39,191 nucleotides of DNA from IMG/VR virus record IMGVR_UViG_3300010214_000036, positions 1 to 39,191 of that record; one strand, given 5' to 3'. The stretch comes from a virus (Duplodnaviria > Caudoviricetes). Shown piece after piece: positions 1-6,655 of the stretch; within the stretch, counting starts at the first letter, position 1, and each line of letters begins with the position of its first letter. The position numbers and the translations under genes are program-made. The notes under the pieces were generated by a model that searched no databases, was not told where the DNA came from, and saw only the letters and a list, made by a program, of their open reading frames with translations.

Positions 1-840
1 ATGCTCATCGCATTCCGAACACACCTCCTCTCAGCAGGCCGCGCCACGGGCACTGTGAAGCAGCGTGTCGGCCACATCAAGCAGCTGCAGCTGACGCACC
101 GCGACCTCCGCACCGTCTCGACCGAGGATCTCGAGGCGTTCCTCGCACGACGTCGACTCACCCATTCCCCGGAGGCGAGGAAGTCGATCCTCTCGTCGTT
201 CCGAGCGTTCTTCGGATGGGCGAGCCGGCGCGGCTACATCGCGACCGACCCGTCCGCCGAACTCGAGGCGATCCGAGTCCCCTCAGCAGTCCCCCGCGTC
301 GCCGCTGACCGCGACCTGCAGCTCGCCCTCGTGACCGCACCCGTCGAGCAGAAGGCGATGATCCTGCTCGCCCGTTTCGGTTGCCTCCGGCTCACCGAGC
401 TGACAACGCTCCAGGTGCGCGACCGCCACGGCGACCTCCTCCGAGTCACTGGGAAGGGTGGCAAGAGCCGGTACGTCCCCGCGAACGACGACCTGCTCTC
501 CGTTCTACTCGAGCTCGAGCGGGGACAGGCGACGGACTACTACTTCCCCGGGCGATTCGGCAGCCACATGCACCCCGTTGCCGTGGGCAAGATCATCACC
601 CGGGCGACAGGCTGGAACCCTCACTCGCTGCGCCATGCCGGAGCGACCGCCGCCTACCGAGCTACCGGCGATCTCCGAGCCGTGCAGGAGTTCCTCGGGC
701 ACGCCTCACTCGCGACCACCCAGCGCTACCTCCACGTCGGTATGGACGAGGTGCGCGCGGTCGCCAACGGCACCGCCTTCGTCACCCCAATTCGCTCGCC
801 GCACTTCCCCGCGCAATCAACTGCACGGCGCGCTGCTTAG
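1..840 (+). CDS. int: Tyrosine integrase (short, no N-terminal arm-binding domain)
   Basis: Catalytic motifs LRLTEL, GKGGK, HSLRH, LGH and TQRY. 279 aa, ending in ARRAA. Confidence 0.95.
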   Translation: MLIAFRTHLLSAGRATGTVKQRVGHIKQLQLTHRDLRTVSTEDLEAFLARRRLTHSPEARKSILSSFRAFFGWASRRGYIATDPSAELEAIRVPSAVPRVAADRDLQLALVTAPVEQKAMILLARFGCLRLTELTTLQVRDRHGDLLRVTGKGGKSRYVPANDDLLSVLLELERGQATDYYFPGRFGSHMHPVAVGKIITRATGWNPHSLRHAGATAAYRATGDLRAVQEFLGHASLATTQRYLHVGMDEVRAVANGTAFVTPIRSPHFPAQSTARRAA

Positions 841-900
841 CCGCGGTGCGCCCCGAATGGGGCACCGAACCGGCGGCGGTGGTCCGGATAGGCTGCCGAG

Positions 901-1500
901 ATGACCAAGAGCCTCCCGATCATCGCCGCCGCCATCCTCGCGCTCACCCTCACGGGATGCAGCACCGCCGGAGCGACCAAGATCACTGAGGCTCCCGAAC
1001 CGATCGCCAGCGAGACCGCCGGCACCCCTATCCCCGACGTCGTCGGCATGCCGGGCAACGACGCACGCGACGCCCTCCTCGCGGCCGGCTTCCTCGTCGA
1101 GTTCGACGCCGACGGGAAGGTCGTACTCATGGCTGGGAACTGGAACGTCGAGGCACAGTCCCCCGCGGCCGGAGAGACCGGCGCCGCCGGCGACACGGTC
1201 ACACTCACCGTCTCGAAGCCCGAGAAGGAGCCGACCGCCCAGGAGGCAACCTCGACCGGACTCACTGGCACCTACGCACAGGCAGCATGCGACATGCGCG
1301 GCGCCGCCGAGTTCCCGTTCGGGTGGGACCCCCACTGGATTCTCGGCAAGCTGGCCGACGAGATCCAGGATGACCGATGGTTCCTGAAGGCCACAGCCGA
1401 CGTGAAGAACGAGTACAACGCGGAGCAGGAGATCAACTTCGAGTGCTACGTGAGCGGCACGAACGAGGCGCCCGTCGTCGAGGAGTTCCTCGCCTACTGA
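901..1500 (+). CDS. Lipoprotein with PASTA-like domain
   Basis: Signal peptide with lipobox LTGC. IPDVVGM...A..AL..AGF...V.AQSP.AG...GDTVTLTVS is a PASTA pattern. TAGGCT -10 lies 6 nt before the ATG. Confidence 0.8.
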   Translation: MTKSLPIIAAAILALTLTGCSTAGATKITEAPEPIASETAGTPIPDVVGMPGNDARDALLAAGFLVEFDADGKVVLMAGNWNVEAQSPAAGETGAAGDTVTLTVSKPEKEPTAQEATSTGLTGTYAQAACDMRGAAEFPFGWDPHWILGKLADEIQDDRWFLKATADVKNEYNAEQEINFECYVSGTNEAPVVEEFLAY

Positions 1501-1516
1501 ACCGTACGATCGAGTC

Positions 1517-1804
1517 ATGCGCCTCATCGGTACCATCCGCCCCACCGCCACGACTGAGCTCGTCGCCGAGGGACATGACCGAGGCTCCGCCTACGAAGCA
1601 CTCGAAGCGCTCGTCCCGGCCGGGCACGAGCTGATCCAGGCGCACTTCTCGATGAAGGCCGGCGTCACGACCGCACGCGGCACCATCCGCCCAGACCGAC
1701 CCGAGACGATCGAGGCCGAGGGTGCCGACTACGCGGCCGCGAACGCCGCACTCGAGGCGCAGGTACCCGACGGGTACGTGCTGCTCGGACGTGTGCAGGC
1801 ATGA
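1517..1804 (+). CDS. Hypothetical protein made of two tandem ~45-aa repeats
   Basis: GTIRP..T.E..AEG.D...A..ALEA.VP.G..L occurs twice. TACGAT -10 lies 6 nt before the ATG. Confidence 0.8.
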   Translation: MRLIGTIRPTATTELVAEGHDRGSAYEALEALVPAGHELIQAHFSMKAGVTTARGTIRPDRPETIEAEGADYAAANAALEAQVPDGYVLLGRVQA

Positions 1805-1805
1805 A

Positions 1806-1836
1806 CTGAGTGCCTGACACGAGGCCAGGCACCCAG
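1806..1836 (-). terminator. Stem-loop terminator between convergent genes
   Basis: ctgagtgcctga / ccaggcacccag form a 12-bp stem on the minus-strand RNA with two G-U pairs. Confidence 0.6.
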
Positions 1837-1847
1837 CCCATCGCGAG

Positions 1848-1967
1848 CTACGCCGTCGTGGCGTCGATCGCCTTCATGAGGTTGATCAGCATTCCGATCA
1901 GGCGACGCAATGCGTCAATCAATCGTGCGATCTGACCCCACTGGGGACTACGATGGTGGTACTTCAT
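1848..1967 (-). CDS. 39-aa cationic amphipathic peptide, candidate type I toxin
   Basis: Strong SD GAAGGAG (1974-1980) 6 nt before ATG 1967. Sequence MKYHHRSPQWGQIARLIDALRRLIGMLINLMKAIDATTA. Confidence 0.65.
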   Translation of the reverse strand: MKYHHRSPQWGQIARLIDALRRLIGMLINLMKAIDATTA

Positions 1968-2058
1968 TTGGTGCTCCTTCCAGAGCGTCAGCCCGAGGCG
2001 GCTACCTCGGGGAGTTGTGAACATCGGACCCCCTCGCCGGATGGCGTGGGGGTCTTTC
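1961..2058 (+). ncRNA. Putative antisense RNA covering the SD and start codon of the peptide gene
   Basis: TACGAT -10 at 1949-1954, hairpin 1992-2011, terminator-like hairpin 2027-2054 followed by TTTC. Confidence 0.4.
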
Positions 2059-2300
2059 ACGTAGAAGCTACGACCGAATTCCCACAGCGCCGGAAGCGAC
2101 ACGCCGAGAGATGTCGTAGGTTCACCTCAGCGAATGTGCCTACGATGAGTGGTTTTGACCCCAGTGGGGCTCGTGAATTCGACCCGGGGCCATCTTCCTA
2201 CCGCCCATGGACATTCCGGCCGCGACATGCGCCGCGAGCCCGCACAGCCGCGCAACCCCGTCGCCTTTCTGTCCTGACCAGACGGTGTTAATGTGGCGTT

Positions 2301-2555
2301 ATGTTCGCATCCGGCATCGCCTCCGTCGCTCTGGCCGCTGCACTGCAGCTGCTGGCGTGGGCCGGCGCACCCGGGTACGTCCACGTTTGCTCGGGCGCTT
2401 TCGCTCTGCTCGGGATCAGCCTGCTCCTTCTGGACCTTCGCCGAGAGCAGGCGGCGGCGCAGCGGGCTCGTCGTGAGGCTTGGAAGGCACTGGCCGAGGC
2501 TCCTGCACACGTTCAGTCGTATGTGATTGCTCGGCTTGCTCGACAGCATCGCTGA
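2301..2555 (+). CDS. Small two-TM membrane protein
   Basis: Two hydrophobic segments then a basic tail. Extended -10 TGtTAATGT lies 6 nt before the ATG. Confidence 0.6.
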   Translation: MFASGIASVALAAALQLLAWAGAPGYVHVCSGAFALLGISLLLLDLRREQAAAQRARREAWKALAEAPAHVQSYVIARLARQHR

Positions 2556-3030
2556 TCAGCTCGAGTACAGCACCGTAGCCCCACGACAGGACGGACCCCA
2601 ACACGATGTTCGCGATTGATCCGGCGATCCAGAGGACTACTTTGACGCTCTTCGTTCTCGACTTCCCTTTCAGCTCCTTGACGATGTAGTCGCCTAGGAG
2701 CTTGTCGCGCGCCGAGATTGCCGACACTGTCCCCACGATCCGTTCACCCGCCTCGGCGTCGGAGATCCTCTCGTCCGCGAGTGCCGCCGCGAGCTCTTCC
2801 AGCTGGCGTTGCACCTCAATAAGCGCGAACCGCGACCATGCCGGCGCATCGATCACTCGGGCGCGACCGTTCGCATCGAAGTCGAATGTGCCGTCCATAA
2901 CTTGGGCCGTCCGATTGCACGTGGGGCAGGGTTCCGTGTTTCCGGCGAAGCTGACGCCCACCGAGCCCTCCGCATGGTAATACCGCGAGGGGAACGGCCC
3001 GTGGACAGGGCAGACCGATGCGACTGGCAT
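2416..3030 (-). CDS. Hypothetical protein with Zn-ribbon-like N terminus and one TM segment
   Basis: CPVH...CPTC motif; hydrophobic VVLWIAGSIANIVLGSVLSWGYGAVL; TAGGCT -10 lies 7 nt before the ATG. Confidence 0.7.
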   Translation of the reverse strand: MPVASVCPVHGPFPSRYYHAEGSVGVSFAGNTEPCPTCNRTAQVMDGTFDFDANGRARVIDAPAWSRFALIEVQRQLEELAAALADERISDAEAGERIVGTVSAISARDKLLGDYIVKELKGKSRTKSVKVVLWIAGSIANIVLGSVLSWGYGAVLELISDAVEQAEQSHTTERVQEPRPVPSKPHDEPAAPPPALGEGPEGAG

Positions 3031-3057
3031 GCATCGGAGCCTAGTGCTCGTGGCGCA

Positions 3058-3321
3058 TCACGCGTAGGCGTGCACGACCGCCCACCCTGCCCCGCCGCGC
3101 AGCGCGTCGAGCACGAACGACTCCCCCGCCTCGCTCGTGGCCTGGAACCGCCACCCGGCCTGCACCTTGCCGGGGTGGGTGATCATCGGCGGAACGTCGT
3201 CGGCGTCGGCGTAGAGCGGGGTCGGGGTGTCGGTGACGCGCCACCGCTGCTCGCGCCAGTACAGGCGGACCGGGCGGTCCTGCTCGATCCAGAGGGTGGC
3301 GTGGTCGGTCAGGGGGATCAT
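3058..3321 (-). CDS. Small Trp-rich beta protein (DUF6504-like), probably SOS regulated
   Basis: GGAGG SD before ATG 3321. RPVRLYWREQRWRV...WRFQA...FVLD...GW pattern. SOS box upstream. Confidence 0.7.
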   Translation of the reverse strand: MIPLTDHATLWIEQDRPVRLYWREQRWRVTDTPTPLYADADDVPPMITHPGKVQAGWRFQATSEAGESFVLDALRGGAGWAVVHAYA

Positions 3322-3345
3322 GGTGCGCCTCCGGGCTTGCGAGAT

Positions 3346-3361
3346 TCGAAATTTTGTTCGA
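3346..3361. promoter_or_regulatory. Actinobacterial LexA (SOS) box
   Basis: TCGAAA-TTTT-GTTCGA has one mismatch to TCGAAC-N4-GTTCGA and lies just downstream of a minus-strand promoter. Confidence 0.75.
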
Positions 3362-3370
3362 GAGTTAACG

Positions 3371-3398
3371 AGCATACGCCCCACCGCTCGACCGTCAA
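3371..3398 (-). promoter_or_regulatory. SigA-type promoter for the 3058-3321 gene
   Basis: TTGACG (3398-3393), 16 nt, TATGCT (3376-3371). Confidence 0.6.
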
Positions 3399-3410
3399 GA
3401 GGTTCCCCCG

Positions 3411-3689
3411 ATGCGCTACTGGACCCCGAAACTCAGATCCATCCGTGACGGCGAATGGGTGCAGTTCGACCGCGGCCGCCGCATCGCGATCATCCGCCGC
3501 ATCGGCGCCGGCCACCCGCCCCGCGAACTCCTCCGCGCCGACACCTGGGCCGACGACCCACGCGCCCGCGACTTCCTCGGCTACTTCCCCGTCGACGAGC
3601 TCCGCCTGGCCGCGGAGATGGTGTGGGAGGTGTACCAGGCCGCGATCGACGCCCGGAAAAGCCGAGGCACCGCCCGTGCCGCAGCCTGA
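3411..3689 (+). CDS. Hypothetical protein with ssrA-like C terminus
   Basis: 92-aa ORF with coding-like composition, ending ARAAA. Weakly similar to the next gene. Confidence 0.7.
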   Translation: MRYWTPKLRSIRDGEWVQFDRGRRIAIIRRIGAGHPPRELLRADTWADDPRARDFLGYFPVDELRLAAEMVWEVYQAAIDARKSRGTARAAA

Positions 3690-4014
3690 CCGCCCGAAGT
3701 GGCATGCTCTCCTCGCGACACAGGAACGAGCACCCGGGGTCTGGCAGCTCGTCGATGATGACGGTCGCGCGTACGGACTCGTGACGATCATGCTCCGCAG
3801 CGGCGAGCTCGGCTACCAGGCCCTGGTGCTCCCGAAGGACGCCCCCGACGGCGCGCAGATGACGACCGTAGGCTACTTCCGCACGCTCCGCGCGTCGTGC
3901 GAGCGGGTGCACCAGGCGTTCCTCGCCTCCCACGCCAGCAAGGGCCCCATCGGGTGGTCGGCACCGCCGCAACGTCCGGGAACTACGAACGCGCCCCCTG
4001 CCACCCGAAGGTGA
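3676..4014 (+). CDS. Hypothetical protein
   Basis: GTG 3676 after GAGG, overlapping the previous gene. Corresponds to the protein-like C-terminal part of the 2809-4014 frame. Confidence 0.7.
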   Translation: MPQPDRPKWHALLATQERAPGVWQLVDDDGRAYGLVTIMLRSGELGYQALVLPKDAPDGAQMTTVGYFRTLRASCERVHQAFLASHASKGPIGWSAPPQRPGTTNAPPATRR

Positions 4015-4023
4015 CAAGGGGCG
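3992..4023 (-). terminator. Intrinsic terminator
   Basis: Minus-strand stem with cUUCGg loop, just after the stop of the 4043-5074 gene. Confidence 0.65.
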
Positions 4024-4042
4024 GGCCGGCCGAGAGTCGCAC

Positions 4043-5074
4043 CTATGGGGTGCAGCCGGTGTCCCCGGTGGCGACGGAGAGGTAGTACCCGCCCGAGCTC
4101 AGCAGACAATCCGTGAGCAGGTTCTCACCCGTGTTTCGTGCGATGGCCCACATGGGCGGCGCCTGCAGCTCAGCGATAATCGCGTCAGCATCAGCCTCCG
4201 GCGCTGGCACCTCGATCGGGTTCGACACCGACGCGTTGACGACCAACGTCTCGTTCATCATGATCTGATTGCCGTCGGCAACGGGCTGCCAAGGCGCGTT
4301 GCCGAGCGTGCACCACGCCTCCTCGCGGCCGTCCGTGTTCGAGTTGAATGCCGGCTGGACCAGGAGCCAGCCGAGCGAGCACACGGGGCTCGAAGCAGGC
4401 CACACCGGCTCGACACGAAGACTCGGCATCGGCGCGTTGCGCTCCGGCGTCGTGTTCGTCACCTCACCCGTGATCGTGTACGACCAGGTCAAGTTCGCCT
4501 CGCCGGGCTTCGCGTTCGCAACGTCCTTCGACGCGGTGCCCTCCGCTGTGAGCACGGAGAACTCGTACGAGTACCCGTCATCGTCGGTCCACGTGTCCGT
4601 GAGCAGCGGGCCTGCCGCCTCGGCGGGCTCCGCGGCCGGCTCCTCTTCAGCCCCCGTGTCGTCGGTCGCCGCGGCGTAGCTCGAGCTGCACGTCTCCCGG
4701 ATGTAGCGGGCGACGTTCACCATCGTCGTATCGTCCGAGATCGCGCCAGCAACGCCCGTGACTTCCTCCACGGTGAGACCGTCCTCGTAGTAGTCCCAGC
4801 TGTTCTTCACGTCCTCAACGTCTGAGCGGAGCTCGTCGGGGGCGACCTCCAGCCAGGCTGCCCACATTCCTCGCAGGTCGCTGAGTGCACCATCACCACT
4901 GTCGATCAGATGGTCGTCGTACTTGGCCGCCGTCAGCTGCATCACGTACGTGTCCTTGTAGTTCGACACCTCGTCGCAGAACGCCTTCGCAGTATCACCG
5001 CCACCAGACGAGCACCCCACGAGCGCGAGGCCGAGCGAGGCAACGGCGGCGGAAGCGAGGACAGCTTTTCGCAT
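4043..5074 (-). CDS. Two-domain lipoprotein
   Basis: AGGAG SD before ATG 5074; lipobox LVGC. Helical domain, acidic Pro/Ala linker, then a Cys-containing beta domain. Confidence 0.8.
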   Translation of the reverse strand: MRKAVLASAAVASLGLALVGCSSGGGDTAKAFCDEVSNYKDTYVMQLTAAKYDDHLIDSGDGALSDLRGMWAAWLEVAPDELRSDVEDVKNSWDYYEDGLTVEEVTGVAGAISDDTTMVNVARYIRETCSSSYAAATDDTGAEEEPAAEPAEAAGPLLTDTWTDDDGYSYEFSVLTAEGTASKDVANAKPGEANLTWSYTITGEVTNTTPERNAPMPSLRVEPVWPASSPVCSLGWLLVQPAFNSNTDGREEAWCTLGNAPWQPVADGNQIMMNETLVVNASVSNPIEVPAPEADADAIIAELQAPPMWAIARNTGENLLTDCLLSSGGYYLSVATGDTGCTP

Positions 5075-5231
5075 GGATGCTCCTGATCGTAGGGACGAGC
5101 TCTCGATACTCCTCGTCAAAGCTATCGACCACGGGCCGTGTGGCCGATGCCCGTGCTACCCCCAAAAGCGGGGCGAAGCGCTTCAGTGAAGGCTCCCCTC
5201 TGCCCGCCGTCGACGTCCGCACGCACGACGA

Positions 5232-5265
5232 AAGCGCCCCCTCTCCCGCAGGAGAGGGGGCGCTT
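5232..5265 (-). terminator. Terminator of the late/lysis operon
   Basis: Perfect 15-bp stem aagcgccccctctcc-cgca-ggagagggggcgctt directly after the holin. Confidence 0.85.
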
Positions 5266-5278
5266 CAGTGAGCAGGGG

Positions 5279-5500
5279 TCAGGTGGCGTGGTCGCCACCG
5301 GCTCCGCCGCGGAACGCGATCGACGTCAGGATCGACGTCGCGGCGGCGAGGCCGGCGACCGAGGCGACCTGCACCGGGTCGATCTGGAGGATGCCGGTCA
5401 CGCCGGCGCCGATCGCACCGACCGCGGCCTGCGCAAACGTGGCGACCGCACGGTCGGCCGTGTCGATCCAGAACTGCTTGCTGGCGTACTTGGAAGCCAT
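5279..5500 (-). CDS. Holin (r1t-like)
   Basis: FW.D.A.RA..TFAQA motif and hydrophobic helices, in the lysis cassette. Confidence 0.85.
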   Translation of the reverse strand: MASKYASKQFWIDTADRAVATFAQAAVGAIGAGVTGILQIDPVQVASVAGLAAATSILTSIAFRGGAGGDHAT

Positions 5501-5512
5501 CAGGGCTCCTCT

Positions 5513-5929
5513 CTAACGGGGAAGGCCGTCAGGCCATTCGGGCGGGGGCGGCGGCTTGCCGTCCCAGATGTGCGCGCGGAGCTCGTGCGCGTGGTTGCGG
5601 TACCCGTCGCGCTCGCGCATCAGATCGTGGTTGCGGTCGTCGACCTTCTGCATCCGCTCCTCGAGCCGGGCCGTGCGCTCGGTCTGCTCGGCCCGGTGCG
5701 CGGTGAGCTCCTCCTGCAGCTGGTCGATGAGCTGCTGCTCGTTCGACTTCTCCGCGACTGCGGCCGTCGTCGCCGCGGTCTGCTTCGCGATCTCGACCTG
5801 GCTGGCCGCCTGAGTCGCTGCCGTGGTACGGGCCGTCCTCGCCGAGACGAAGTAGCCGACCACGATCCCGACCGTGCCGATGATGCCGACGCCAGCAGTG
5901 ACCAGGCCGCCGAAGAGCCATTCCGGCAT
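5513..5929 (-). CDS. Lysis-cassette membrane protein (TM plus coiled coil)
   Basis: N-terminal TM, long coiled coil and PPPPP tail, between endolysin and holin. Confidence 0.8.
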   Translation of the reverse strand: MPEWLFGGLVTAGVGIIGTVGIVVGYFVSARTARTTAATQAASQVEIAKQTAATTAAVAEKSNEQQLIDQLQEELTAHRAEQTERTARLEERMQKVDDRNHDLMRERDGYRNHAHELRAHIWDGKPPPPPEWPDGLPR

Positions 5930-5940
5930 CAGCGCCCGCC

Positions 5941-6645
5941 TCAGCGTGCCGCGCGGACGGCGTCCACGGCGGCCATGATGACCCTCGCGTGCGCCTCGGT
6001 CACCTCGGCCCAAGGCGGGGTGTCCATCGCCTTCGCCAGCCGGTTGTTGTACTCGCCGTCGACCTCGGAGTGGTTCGCGCGGAACCCGGAGTCGGTGTTG
6101 TAGACGCAGTACTCGGTCTTCCCGTCGGCGCGGCGCTTCCAGTACATTCCGCTGTTCTTCGCCATGTCGTCGTCCTCCTCGGACTTGTCGAGCTCGGCGG
6201 TCTCTCCGCCGGCCGTGGTGCTGCCTCCGAGCGCTGCGCGGATGCGGGGCGCCGGGTCGAGGGTCGGGCCCTCGAAGATGCCCTCCGCCTGGTCGGAGAG
6301 GGTCGTGTGAATGTGGGCGCCGAACCACGTCTTGCCGGGACGGTCGTCGGTGCCTGCGACCTCGGCGATCTGGCCGAGCTTGCGGACGACCTGGCCGACG
6401 CGGACGCCGACGTTCCGTAGGTGCGCCCAGCCGATGTACCGGCCGTCCCTGGCGCGCCCTTCGACGCACCAGCCGAGCCAGTAGGACCAGCTGACGGTCG
6501 TGATCGTGATGTCCTCGTACGCGAGCACCGGGTCGCCCACCGAGGCGCGGTAGTCGGCACCGGAGTGGCCCTGCGGGCGGGAGTAGTAGTCGGCCTTCTC
6601 GCCGAACGGCGTGGTGAGGGTGCGGTAGGTGGATGCGAGCGACAT
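5941..6645 (-). CDS. Endolysin, M23 peptidase
   Basis: HSGAD and HIH zinc motifs, WAHL, V.VGQ.V...GQIA; AGGAGG SD. Confidence 0.88.
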   Translation of the reverse strand: MSLASTYRTLTTPFGEKADYYSRPQGHSGADYRASVGDPVLAYEDITITTVSWSYWLGWCVEGRARDGRYIGWAHLRNVGVRVGQVVRKLGQIAEVAGTDDRPGKTWFGAHIHTTLSDQAEGIFEGPTLDPAPRIRAALGGSTTAGGETAELDKSEEDDDMAKNSGMYWKRRADGKTEYCVYNTDSGFRANHSEVDGEYNNRLAKAMDTPPWAEVTEAHARVIMAAVDAVRAAR

Positions 6646-6655
6646 GACGGACCTC

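Noticed and set aside
1968-2102. 84-aa version of the peptide ORF
   Set aside because: The strong SD is at ATG 1967; the upstream part is a hairpin-rich leader and promoter.
2145-2291. 48-aa plus-strand ORF MSGFDPSGAREFDPG...
   Set aside because: No SD, the ATG overlaps the -10-like hexamer, and the composition is not protein-like.
2809-3675. N-terminal part of the 401-aa ORF 2809-4014
   Set aside because: Overlaps three better-supported genes; only the part from GTG 3676 looks coding.
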